Source: the human T2T-CHM13v2.0 reference genome, Homo sapiens
NCBI RefSeq assembly: GCF_009914755.1
Contig: NC_060928.1
Reading direction: 5' to 3' (one strand)
Length of the DNA stretch: 64,000 nt
Shown: positions 17,057-28,544 of the stretch, one piece after another
Numbering within the stretch: position 1 is the stretch's first letter
Layout: the number at the start of each line of letters is the position of its first letter
Notes under the pieces: generated by a model
Told to the model about the DNA's origin: nothing
Database searches by the model: none
The model's input: the letters and a program-made list of their open reading frames with translations, nothing else
Position numbers and translations under genes: made by a program

Positions 17057-17212
17057 TTTTTGCTTTTTAGAAACAGGGTCTCACTCTGTCACCCAGGCTG
17101 GAGTGCAGTGATGCTTATAACTCACTGGAGGCTCGAACTCCTGGCCCCAAGCAGTGCTCCCATCCCAGCCTCCCTAAGTGCTGGTGTTACGGGTGTGCAC
17201 CACCACACCCAG
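17057..17212 (-). mobile_element. Old Alu monomer/truncated AluJ-like (FLAM/FRAM-type)
   Basis: agaaacagggtctcactctgtcacccaggctggagtgcagtg...ctcgaactcctgg...caccacacccagc. Confidence 0.8.
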
Positions 17213-20079
17213 CTGAGACTGGACATTTCATTTGTCCTGTCTGAGATGCTGGCTTGTGATCACTCTTTGGGGGACAGGTCAGTTTCGTGCCCGGGACCAG
17301 CCCTACCCTGGCCTAGCACCTGGCATGAGTCGGTGCTCAGGGAGACCCAGGCTGCCCCACGGTGAGCTCTGGGGTGGATGACTTTCTTCAGCTTGTTTCT
17401 TTAGAAACAGTGGTGTGCTGATGAATGTTGAACAACCAGCTCTCCAGGAAAACAAACAAACAAACCCAGCAACACTGATTTGTAATGTTGGCCAGTTTTC
17501 ATGGTGTAAGTTCTCCCACCGTGGCGGCCAGCGTCAAGCTGCCAAAGTGACATCATCACACGCGGTGTTGGGAAGAGGCACACTCCTTGCTCCTCAGCAA
17601 GGGCCCAGGCATGCTGTGGCTTAGGAGGATGGCAGGGCGCTCCGTGTCCTGGCATCCGTGGGTCTGTGCACAGCTGGGAGGATGCTGCTTACCCAGCGGA
17701 GAGTGGGATGTTGCCAGCTATTCCCAGGACCTTGGTCCCTGGCCTGTCACCCTGGGTCTCACATTGTTCCTGGCCATGTGTGAAAAGCGGGTGGTGGGAC
17801 AGAGCTGCAGGCTTGGCCCAGCGAGGGGACTCTGCTGTCATTAGCTGTGTGACTCTGGGCAAGCTCTAAGCTCCCTCTGAGCCTCTGGCTCCTCGTCTGA
17901 AGGGTAGAGTGGGGTGGCCATTGTAGATCCTTCAGGAAACCCCACGATGGCAGGCAGTGGCAGGCAGGAAGGACTGGCAAGCTCTGTCTCCAGCCTGGGC
18001 TCTCTGGGCCTGAGCTGTGTGTGACCGTGGAAACATCCCGTTGTCCCTCTGGCATCACTGCCTCTGTCCACCCAGTGTGAACGCTGTGCCCAGCCCCTTG
18101 GCTATAAAATCCGGGTCCACACAGTCCTCTGAATTGGGGGAGGAAATGCAGGCTTGGAAAGATCTAGAGGCTTTCCCAAGTCACCCAGTGTGTGGGTAAC
18201 AGAGCCCTCCTCTTTGCCGCTCCTCACCTCCTCATGGTGGCAGGAGCGCCCCCCTCTGCTAACGTGACGTGTGACCCCCGCACTCTGCAGGGCTCACAGC
18301 AGCTCCCCAGCCCAGAGTCCCTGTGCCGGGGCTCTCAGCAGGACAAAGCAGTGAGGGCGTGCGGGCACCGTGGTGGGTGTTCTGCATGGGAGATCTCCTT
18401 AAGCCCTCCCTACCATGCCTTCAGCACACACAGGCCCCCACATGCCCAAGGAAGGCTGCCCAGTGAGTGTGTGTTGGGGCCTGCCCTAAAATCAAGGCCT
18501 GAGGGACATTGGACCACACAGTGCCCGGCACCACCTCCCGAGGGGCAGGCACTCTGCTCCCAGGACACTGGCATGGGTGCTGTGCCCCGGAGGGCCGCGG
18601 GGTCAGCAGGAAGGTGGAATGGATCCCTGGCCTTCTGTGACCTTGCCCCATCTGTGGGCCGAGCTCAGGGACACAGGATGTTGGTGCAGTTCCGGGAGGT
18701 GCCAGATTCCACAGGCTGCAGGGGTGCCTCCCCTGTCCTGCTCTCTCCAGCCTCTCACGACCCAGAGCCTCAGATCCTCCCACACCAGAATCCACTAGGA
18801 ACAGCACACCACGCAGGAGCCTCCGTTTTCGGTTTTGCTGAATGTCCCAAATCCCTGGCCCTTGATCGCTGTGGGGTGACCTTCGGCTCCAGAGACCCCA
18901 GGACTGGCCTGTGTGGCCTTTGGCAAGCACCTGCTCTCTGTCTCCACAGCCGCAGCCTGGGCAAGAGACGTCCCCTTGAGATGAGATGACCCCGATAAAG
19001 GGCCTTGCCTGTGGGAGGTGCACTCGCTTCTGCTGTCCTGGTTTCGGTTTCCCCCGTGTCCTGGGAATGGCAGTCTGAGAAACTGGTTTGGGAGTGGCGA
19101 GACGTTCCCCTTCATTTTGCAGTTACTCCCACTGTCCTAAATAAATGATACCTAACCCCTCCTGGATTAGAAGCCCGACACCTGAGCGGCTCTGCTCCTT
19201 TCCTTGGTCTCACAGAGAAACGTCAGAGGCTTCTGAGCCGTCAAATGGTTGTCAGGAGGCCCAGGTGCCAAATCACACTCATTTTACAGCGGGAAATTCA
19301 AGGCCTGCAGAGGGCCCAGCTCAGTCTTCAGGTGGGTTTGGTTTGGCCCGGCCCGCAGTGGACCGAGCTGTCAGCATTTAGGAATTGCGAGTTCTCACAT
19401 GACCAGCCTGGGGTCCCCACCTCGCTGGAGAAACGAGGAAGGGGCGGCAGCAGGCAAGCATCCCGAGGCAGGGACGGCCCATTGGATGGGGCCTAGGCTC
19501 TGCCTCGTCCACACTTCCGGGCCCTGGCGCTCTCTGAGCTTGTGCCCCAATCTAGTCCAGCCTCTTCTGGTTACAGAAGGGAAACTGAGGCACAAAGGCA
19601 TCATGATCCCGTCCTGGGGAGTTAGACCCGGAGCACAGGTCTCAGGAGGGCCAGCCCCTGGGTCTTCTGCCCCGGGATGCTGGAGGCGTGGGCAGTGTTG
19701 TGGTTTTCATTCTCCATCGCTTGCTGTTCATCAGTGTATGTCCTCCCGAAACAGATGCACTCACAAGGCCGCCCTGTGGCTGTAGACCCAGAGGAGAAGG
19801 TGGGGAGGCCGGGAGTTGCGGGCCAGGGCCTGTGTTTTACCTTGTGGGGGGAAGCCCTGGGTCTGCTGTTCCTGAGACATTTTTCCCCACCCTCAATGAG
19901 TGGCCCATCGGATCCCGGGGCTGGTGGCTTTGAGCCAGGGGAGGCCCGAGGACGGCTTTGCTGGCTTTGCAGGTCAGGGAGACAGTCCAGCTCCTGAAGA
20001 GGCCTTCCCAGCACACACTGCCCCGCTGAGGGTGGCCCCTGGGGGCCCATTACTAAGAACCATGTTGCAAAGTGTTGTA

Positions 20080-20188
20080 GGCCAGGTGTGGCTCACACTT
20101 GTAATCCCAATACTTCGGGAGGCTGAAGCAGGAGGATTGGTTGAAGCCAGTAACTTGAGACCAGCCTGAGCAATGTAGCAAGACCCTC
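20080..20188 (+). mobile_element. Alu left-monomer (FLAM-like) fragment
   Basis: ggccaggtgtggctcacacttgtaatcccaatacttcgggaggctgaagcaggaggatt...gagaccagcctgagcaa. Confidence 0.85.
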
Positions 20189-21191
20189 CAGCATTCTCCC
20201 TCTGTAGGAAGCTCAGGGAGGGTTGGTGTCATCAGCCCGATGGAAATAGCACATGTACTGGGTGTCTTGTGTGTGCCGGGCCCTGGGGTGTGCTCGATGC
20301 GGTCACCTCATTTCCTCCCTGGACAAACCCCACAAGAGAGGGTACCTTTACCCTCTTTGTGTACTTATGGGATGCCTGAGGCTGTGGGCTGGTCAGTGGC
20401 TTGCCCAGGGTCACACAGGTAGCGAGTGGTGAGGCGAGGCCCTCCCGCACCGGCAGTGAAGCCCGTGTTTCTCTGCATTAACGTCTGGCCTCCCAGAATC
20501 CACATCTGCTCCGGCAATGCCCAGTTGTGCTGAGCGGGGCCTGAACCCGGATAACAGTGGGGGATGTGTTTTGGAGCGATGGGGCCCTGAGGACAGGCTT
20601 CCTGGGGCAGCCATGGAGGCTGGGCCCCTCCCACCAAGGAAGGGCTTAGTGGTGGGGGGCACAGGGAAAGAGCGGTGGTTCCATTGAGCCCTCGCCTGCC
20701 TTGGGCCACGGCCTCCCAGGGTGACAGCCTGGATCTGGAGAGTTTGAGAGGTGCTGGGGAGAATCCTGGCGCAGCCGGAGCTCCAGGGTAGCGTTAATGG
20801 CAGCATATCCATTGTGGGCACATGGAGGGTGACCTAGGGGGCCTCTCGGTAGAAGAGCAAAGTCTTGTGTGGCTGGACTCAGGCTCTGGGGGGGGCTTTG
20901 AGTCACTGAACATGGCTGTTTTTATCCCATCCCTTGCTTCGGAGCCAGACTCTAAATGTGATCTAAGCATAGGCCTGGGGCCTCGGGCAAGAGCACTGTC
21001 CCTCCCTGGGCTGTAGAGGTTTGGAAAGAGAGGGGGGCCAACTGTCCCCGACTTCACTCCTGAGCTTCAGCAGTGGGAGGATGGGCCAGAGCACCTCATG
21101 GGGACGGGATGAGACGGTGGCAGGGGCCGAGGAGCTGGGCTGCGCCTGGGACTTGGAGCATACTTCCTCCTGCCTTTGGCAGCTGACCATC

Positions 21192-21562
21192 TGTGTTAGT
21201 GCGTTCTTGGGTTGCTATAAAGAAATGCCCGAGTCTGGGTTTCATTGGTTATGCAGGACACCCCAGGAGGTGGGGTGCTGGGATCTGCTTCGTGTGAGAC
21301 TCGGGAAGCTTCCAGTCATGATGGGAGGGAAGGAGGAAGCAGGAGTGTCACATGGAGGCAGGGGGCAAGAGAGTGGGAGGCAGATCTCACGTGAACTGAG
21401 GGGAGGACTCATTCATCAGCGGGGGATGGCACGGAGAGCCTTTCCTGAGGGCCCCTCCCCAACGATCCCACACCACCGCCCCTCCGCACCAGGCCCGACT
21501 GCAACGCTGGGAATCACATTTCAACACCAGCTTTGGAGGGGGCAGGCATCCGAACCATATCA
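21192..21562 (-). mobile_element. MaLR solo LTR (MST-like)
   Basis: TGTGTTAGT...AACCATATCA termini; gttgctataaagaaat; degenerate 5-bp TSD CCATC/CCACC. Confidence 0.8.
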
Positions 21563-21964
21563 CCACCCCTGAGGGCGGGGGGATGGAGGTTGCAATGCAG
21601 CCAGAGGGCAGGAACAGGTTCGCTCACCTGGGGTCTGCTCTGTGGGCTCTTCTGGGGGCACCCATCTCCCTGAGTTTCCACACCCAGACTCCATCCAGCC
21701 GTCATCTGTGGGTCCTGGGGTGGGGCCCATCTGCCCGTGGCTTCACCTGGGCCATGGAGGACAACCTTGTTTTGCACAGCGTCCCTGGGGCGGCTGCTGG
21801 AACTGAGCACAACGGATTCATATTCATTTATTGAAAGATGGGCTCCATATTGTATAACTGGAAGGTATGGCCACAGCTAGGCCTTGTCAGAAACACACAA
21901 CCGCAGGGCGGCATCAGCACAAAGGGCAGACCAGAGGGCTGAAAGTGGTCCCAGAAGAGCCAGC

Positions 21965-22500
21965 GTTCATTCGCTCATCCTGTGCTCATGGAGCCTGTTC
22001 CATGCTGGGCTCTGTCTTGGTGACAGGACTGTGGCAGAGACCACTGAGACGAATTCCTGCCTCCTGCAGCTCGCATTCCAAGGGAAGCCAGGCCACAGCC
22101 AGATAGCCGAGTAGAGTCAGTTATGGGGCCGAGGGCAGTGAGGGCAGCAGAGACTAAGACAAGTGTGGAGTGGTGGTGGGAATAGCAGGTGGGGGCCGGA
22201 GGTGATGCTGGGCAGGGTTCTGCAGGGAAGGCCTGAACCGCAGGAGGGACTGAGAGGAGCATGTCTAGGGCCAAACAAAGGCCCTGGGGTGGGCCTGGGG
22301 TGTGTGCAAGGCCAGGCCGGGGTGGCTGGAGAGGAAAGAACAAGGGGAGGGGCTGGGCTGCACCAGGGTGGGGTCCACCCGGCTGGTGGTGGGTTGGTAA
22401 GGGCCTCAGCTTTTATCTGCTTTTACTGGGAGTGAGGAGGTTGTGAGCTGGCCCGGACTTAGATTTTGTCAGGATCACTGCTGTGATGAGACTAGACAGG
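21965..22500 (-). mobile_element. Diverged L2 fragment
   Basis: ttcattcgctcatcc...gagcctgttccatgctgggctctgtcttgg ... aggatcactgctgtg. Confidence 0.5.
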
Positions 22501-23889
22501 AGGGGGTGGTGGCGCAGGGGAGCCCAGACCCCAGGAAGGCACCTCTTCACCAGTCTGAGTGAGCCGAGTGGCTGGCTCACAGGGTATGTCCACTAGCAGG
22601 ATTAGTTGTCACTGTAACCTGGTAACCATGCTGCTGGATAGGGATGTGGGGCTGCTGTGACCATTTCACAGACGAGGAAAATGAGGAAAGGAGAATGTAA
22701 GGGTTTGTCCAGGGGTGGCAGAGTTGTTGACTTTTGACTTGGTGCACTGCATTGAGGCACATGCGTGAGTGTGTGCATGGGGTTGGGCCTGCACACCCCC
22801 TGCCTAGGGCTTTGGGGAAGGTGCCTGTGACATCACGATGTCCCTGCGGCATGGCTGGAGCTGAGCGTGGGCTTCCCTGGTGCTGCTCTATTCCACCCCA
22901 GCTCCCCGGAGATGTGGCTGGGGGCTCACAGCAGCTGGGCATCCCTGCACCCATACGTGCTCTCAGGGCCTTGGCATCAGCATTTGGCTAATTTACCAGG
23001 TCCCATCGCCTCTTCCGCCCTAAGGGCATTTGGTGAGGAAGACATGAAGAAAACAGCAGCAGAGAGTGGTTAAGGTACTCTGGGAAAGTGAATCCGCCTT
23101 AACAGACCTGGAAATCACAGTGTAACTTAAAGATCTGTAAAAATATAACAATGAAAATGCATTTTAAGAGGCTAGCTGGAAGAACAGAAAAGACAGAGGT
23201 GTCATGGAAGGACTTGCCTAGAAAAGCCCCTTCCTCTGTGCATGCACCCGGCGGGCCCCTCCCACAGGGCACCCTCCATCCTGCGGAGGACCCGGGGAGG
23301 TGGGGTCACCCAGGTTAGGGATGAGGACCCTGAACCAAGGCCACAGAGTGGTGGGGTCAGGACTTGCACGTGGACATATCGTGGGTCGCGGGTGTGAGGA
23401 CAGAGAACACACGCCCTGAGCCTGCTGCTCCCTCCACTACTGGCTGTGTGGCCTCGGGCAAGTTATTTAACCTCTCTGGTTTCAGCATCCACCTCTGGGG
23501 AATAGAATAAGAATAGTCCCTGTCTCATGGTGACTGTGGGGGGTGGGCCATGAGGGAAGCCAGCACAGCTCCTGGAGCCATGCCCGGCAGGCTGGCAACC
23601 CCCGTCCGGTGCACAGGGGCCACTGTCCTGGGCCCTGTGGTGCCTGGCACTCGGGTGTGCTGGGGAAGCTTTTCCAGGCCCGCTTCTCGTTGTAAGGAAT
23701 AGATTTGACTTTCATCCCTGGAGGTCACGGGAAGTGAAAGTGGGGGAGGGAGCGTGGACAGCATGGGCTGTCCCTGACGTGCCCCTCCAGGGCTCAGGGC
23801 TCACTGTTCCCACATTGAAGGTGGCTGTCCCCACGGACTGCTCTTCCATGCTTTCCAGGAGAGCCCTGAGTTTGTATAAATTATTCACC

Positions 23890-23934
23890 AAAAAAAAAAA
23901 AGAGACAGAGAGAGAGAACATCGTTGGGTATATT
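23890..23934 (-). terminator. Candidate polyadenylation site: AATATA plus downstream UC/U-rich element
   Basis: The minus strand reads ...AC-AATATA-CCCAACGATGTTCTCTCTCTCTGTCTC-T12. AATATA is a known variant PAS hexamer. Confidence 0.5.
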
Positions 23935-26900
23935 TGTATCTGGTTTGAAGTTTCTAACAACACATCACTTCTAAGAAAAGCCCCAAGCCAAAACAAACAA
24001 ACAAACAAACAAAACAAAAACAACAACAACAAAACAGCTGGACCACCAAGCCCTTTTCCAGGCTCCCACAGCCCCTCTGCATCCAGTGTGGCCGAGAAAG
24101 CCCGAGGGGCAGCATCCGTAGGTGTTCTGGGACGTCCCAGGCCTCCGCCTTACGATGGCATCTGAAGAATGCCCAGCATGTGTCTGGCTGAAGGTGCAGG
24201 TACTTGCTCGGCTCTGGCAGCCCGGCGGGAGCCCTCTCCCTCCTCCCAGGCAGAGATGCTCCTCTGTGCGGCGCAGTCACTACCTCTGGGAAATCCATGC
24301 TCAACATCTGTCTTGATTTCCCATCCTTGCTGGGATGGGTCTCCCAAACTTCTAGGCCCAGTAGGGCCAGCTGCTCTTCTCCTGGGCTGGTATCTCCTCT
24401 CCCACAGCTGGACAGTTACAGCACCCTCCCCTGAAAAGCCTTTTCCAGCCTGAACGCGGCGGCTATGGAGTCGTTTGGATGGACTCCTTAAGCCTCAGTC
24501 TCAGTGCTGAATGGTGGTGCTGCCGTCAGCACCAGTGGGCCCGTCCCTTGCTCCTCCTGCCTCTCTGCCTTTAGACCCCAAGGCAGCCACTCCCCACGAG
24601 CACTTGCAGAGCACCTCCTGTGTTCCGGGCTTGGTTCCGGGCACAGGGGATGGAGGTGACTGAGACCCTGCCACAGGCCTCCACAGCTTTGGTGGCGGAT
24701 GAGTGAGTGGAGGGGTCAGAGGGCCCCTATGGGGGTGGGGCAGGGCCGTGCTCATGACCTGGGTGTGCAGCTGGGCCTGTGGGGTCATGGCCAGTGAGCT
24801 CCGTTCATCACGGGCAACCATCTAGTGGAGACGCATGTGCTCAGTGGGTCTGTGGGAGCAGCTGGTACCCAGGCCCAAGGGGTGGGTAGGGAAGAGGGTG
24901 TGGGGACACCCCACCCTGACCACCCACTGCAGGTAGCTCTGGGGTGGGGGCAGGTGGGCTGAGCTGGGCCACCTGGCAGGTGTGGCGCTTGCCCTCTCCC
25001 GGCCTCTCCCAGGTGACCTGTCGGGGGATTTCAGGTCATGTCACACATACTTCCCAGTAGGCATCCTCCCGACTCACAACCAAGCCAGAGGAGGGCCTAT
25101 GGCTCCATCCTGTCCCAGAGAGTGTGTCAGGTGGGAACACCTACCGGCAGGCAGACAGAGAGCCTCTGGGGCTGCTCCTGGAGAGGGTGGGTGGTCTCAG
25201 GGGAAGAGGCAGATACTGAGGCCAACAACTTCGGGCCCCTGTGTTTTGGAGTCTGGTGCAGAGCTGCCTTCCCATGGCCCATCCGGTGGCCAGGCACGAC
25301 CACCACCCCTTGCTGGCCTTATCTTTTGTGGGACTGCCCAGCGGGCCCAGGCCTGCCCAGCCAATAGGGGCCACTTCTGAGGCATCCAGAATCTCAGGCC
25401 CAGTGTGCCTGTGTTCCTGGGGCGGTGGCCCAGGTCTGCGACGTTTACTTAAGAGATCGGGTGTGGCCTCTTGGAAAACAGCACCCGCTCACATCCCGTC
25501 CATCCAGGCCTGGCGCACCTCTTACTCAAGAGGAGAATTAATCCATGGGCCTCAGGTGAAATACCAGCTTCCACCCCCGGGACTCATGTGTGCGGCTCCC
25601 AGATGTGTGAGCACCTGCTGCGTGCAGATGCTGGGCCAGCTGCAAGGACACTGCAGGGTCATGCCCAGGGGCTCTCCTGGAGGGGGCACAGTGTCTTAGG
25701 GGGGCCAAACAGCAGGAGCAGAAACCACAGGAGCACTTGAACCCAGATGGAACCCCCCGCCGGAGGCTTTCTGCCAGAGGGGGCACCGGGGCGAGGTGGA
25801 GGCACCAGGGTAAGGTGGAGGCTGTTGTAGCAGCTCTGGGATCTGCGCCTTCCCTGAGAATAAAAACACGGCACACGGCATTTGGAGAACGCTTGTGGTT
25901 TATACAGCGCTTACACCGCCAGACTCTCCTGGGTGCCCCGCTGGGCCCCTGAGATGGGTTTTCTGGTCCCAGCAGACTCATGAATGCCGGTCTCGGGGGA
26001 AAGGGGCTCCAGAACGTCTCTGTGAATTGTCTCAACATTCTTGTGAGGCAGGTATGATCATCCCCATTCTACAGATTAGAAAACTGAGGCTCAGACAGCT
26101 GGAGGGCTGTGTTCACCGTCTTTGCCCTCGCTGCTCCACATCCCGGTGGCCACCCCAGACTCCTCCGGCTTTTCCCGGGAGCTTTTGCCTGGCATATTTT
26201 GCTCTCCTGACTTTGAGCACACCCCAAGACTTTCCTTCTGCTCATTACCAGGGCAGCGGAGGGTCTGGGGTGCAAGGAGAGAGAGGGACCCTGTAGTGGC
26301 TGAGACATGGGGGGGGACTGCTCCGAAGCCCAGCAGCCCTTGGAGAATGTGGCCAAAGCCCCAGACCTCTCCCCGGAAATGTCCAGGGATACGTGCTTGT
26401 CATACACACCTTTGGCAGCCACCCCCAGGGACTCCAGGTTGAGAAGCTCTGGCCTGAGCGAGACCCAGACTCCCACCCCCCGGCTGTTGGCAAGAGGTAA
26501 TGAACCTACTAGTGATGGGCCCTCGAAGCCTCCGTCCACCCCTGCCTCCGCTCACCCCGGCCATGACCCCAGCCTGGCTCACAGCCAGATGTCCATCCAG
26601 CAGAAGGTAAAGGGGCACCTGAGCCCATGGGCAGGCTCTCATGGGACCACCGGCAACATCTCAGCCTTGGAGATGAAAGGGCAGCCTTGGCTGGGTCAGG
26701 GAGCGGGGCACATGAGTGTGTTCCGGTCCAGTAGAGATGCTTTCAAGGGCAAAGCTGTGCGGCACCGTTGTTAAGAGAGAGGCTTTCGGGATCAGGAATA
26801 CTTGGTTTTGAACTTCAGCTCTGCTCCTTCCCAGCCTCCCTCCTCAGAGCTTCAGTTTTTCATTTGTGAAATGGGGATGGGGAAGGCACCCACCTCATGG

Positions 26901-26937
26901 GCCTCGCTAGCAGGCTCTGGGTCTCTGGCAGCCACGG
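23910..26937 (-). other. PSAPL1: Probable ~3-kb 3'UTR of PSAPL1
   Basis: I saw no canonical AATAAA on the minus strand after the stop codon; a candidate variant signal lies at 23929-23934. This agrees with my recollection of a ~4.6-kb single-exon transcript. Confidence 0.55.
23990..24036. repeat. (AAAC)n/(AAC)n microsatellite
   Basis: aaaacaaacaaacaaacaaacaaaacaaaaacaacaacaac. Confidence 0.9.
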
Positions 26938-28503
26938 TCACGCGTGTTCCCCAGCGTGGAGGTGCATCTCTTTCCATACATGCTTCTGGCAGTGTTGCAC
27001 AGCGTTGCACAGCTTGGCGGCCTCCTGGCTCCTGCACCAGAAGCTTGGGCCCAGGGCACACTGGTCGGTGCCCAGCAGTGGGGTCCTGGGACCGTGGCAG
27101 GCCCCCACCTTCTTGCACACAGCCACGGGGTCCATCATGTCCTTGAGACTCTCAATGAGCACGGGCTCGTACTGGGTGACGAAGTGCTTGCACTGGATCA
27201 TATAGGGCAGCGGCAGGATGCTGCAGCCACCCTTGAAGGCCACCAGGATGTCTCGCTTGGTGCTCTTGCTCTCCAGGTTGTGGGAGGACACCGTGAGCAG
27301 CCTCTTGCACCCATTGCAGAAGCTGCCCTGGTTCTCCGCGTCCCACTCTGGGGACGGCACGATGGCATAGGCATCATGGACTGCCCGGGCCCGCCTCCGG
27401 TTGCCACACAGACGGATGAACTTGCACACCTTCTCTGGGGTGATTTTGGCCACAAGCTGCACCAAGGAGGGGCTGTAGGTGTCCACCAAGATGATGCACT
27501 CCTTCGTGATAGAGGCAGGCATTACCGAGCACACGCGCTCCAGGGCATGGGTGATCATGAGCTCAGAGCTGTTGGACATGAGCCAGTGGTCCAGCTTCTG
27601 CACCACGTTCATGCACACCTCACAGGTCACACCGGCCTTCATCTGCATCTCGCTCTGTTTCCTTGGCAACCCCAGCTCCAGGGAGGGGACCCCGTCCATG
27701 GCCACTACTTGAGTCAAACGGGCAGGTGCCCCTAGCTCCTCACAGAATCCCCCCTTCCTGCAGAGCTCCTGCGGGGGGAGAAGCCTCAGTGCTTGGTCAG
27801 CAGGGACAAAAAACTGGAAGAGGTAGTTCTTGCAGAGGACGGCCAGGCCAGGCCCCAAGGACTCACACTGCTCCTGGATGTTCAAGTCGGCCAAGGTCAA
27901 GTTGGACCGGACAGCCTCCTGGAGTCGGGAGACCTGCCGTACACAGTCTTGGCACAGAGCTCCTTCAGGCGCCTGGCGGGGGTGGAAGGTAAGGGGCCCA
28001 TTGGCCATGAACGGAGCCACAGCCTCAAAGGTGTCCTCTTTGGAGAGTGGCCTCAGGGTGGCCAGGTGCCTCTGCAGCGGCTCACAGAGGCTGAGCGCTG
28101 TGCACACCTGTGCCGGGGCACTGTCCGGGGCCCCACGGAGCATGCTCAGGATGGCCGAACTGTGGGCATCCACCATCCACTTGCATCCGGCTGAAGACTC
28201 CTGGCTGGGGAGCCACTCACAGGTCTTCATCACCAAAGCCAGGATGTCAGACTCCGTGGCGTCAGGGTTCAGCCCATTGCCAGCGGCGGCTGCTATGTCC
28301 TGGCATACGTCGCAGGGCAGAGACTTCGCGGTGGGTTTGTTCCATACGGCCCCTTGGCAGTACCCCACAGCCCCGCACCTGGCAGCTGTCTGCAGATCCT
28401 GACACCACACCGTGGAGCCCTTTGCACACTCCTGGGGGCCTGAGGTGGGGCTGGCCCTGGTGGCCCCCAGGAGGCTGGGCAGGAGGAGCAGGGCACACAG
28501 CAT
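26938..28503 (-). CDS. PSAPL1: Proactivator polypeptide-like 1 (prosaposin-like 1), 521 aa, intronless
   Basis: ATG at 28503 in context GGCAGCATGC; signal peptide MLCALLLLPSLLGATRA; N-terminal SapA domain (CAKGSTVWCQDLQTAARCGAVGYC); four six-Cys SapB domains (SLPCDVC, GALCQDC, GVTCEVC, GSFCNGC); C-terminal SapA domain (CALGPSFWC..CNAVQHCQKHVW); colinear with prosaposin. Confidence 0.98.
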   Translation of the reverse strand: MLCALLLLPSLLGATRASPTSGPQECAKGSTVWCQDLQTAARCGAVGYCQGAVWNKPTAKSLPCDVCQDIAAAAGNGLNPDATESDILALVMKTCEWLPSQESSAGCKWMVDAHSSAILSMLRGAPDSAPAQVCTALSLCEPLQRHLATLRPLSKEDTFEAVAPFMANGPLTFHPRQAPEGALCQDCVRQVSRLQEAVRSNLTLADLNIQEQCESLGPGLAVLCKNYLFQFFVPADQALRLLPPQELCRKGGFCEELGAPARLTQVVAMDGVPSLELGLPRKQSEMQMKAGVTCEVCMNVVQKLDHWLMSNSSELMITHALERVCSVMPASITKECIILVDTYSPSLVQLVAKITPEKVCKFIRLCGNRRRARAVHDAYAIVPSPEWDAENQGSFCNGCKRLLTVSSHNLESKSTKRDILVAFKGGCSILPLPYMIQCKHFVTQYEPVLIESLKDMMDPVAVCKKVGACHGPRTPLLGTDQCALGPSFWCRSQEAAKLCNAVQHCQKHVWKEMHLHAGEHA

Positions 28504-28544
28504 GCTGCCCAGGGACTCTCTGGCTCCAGAGTACCCAGCAGTGG

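Noticed and set aside
17408-17590. Possible hAT-Tip100-like DNA transposon relic starting CAGTGGTGTGCTG
   Set aside because: I could not identify the second terminal inverted repeat or a TSD; needs a Dfam search.
26944-28402. Plus-strand ORFs of 263 and 190 aa opposite PSAPL1
   Set aside because: Antisense shadow ORFs of a GC-rich CDS, with no recognisable domain.
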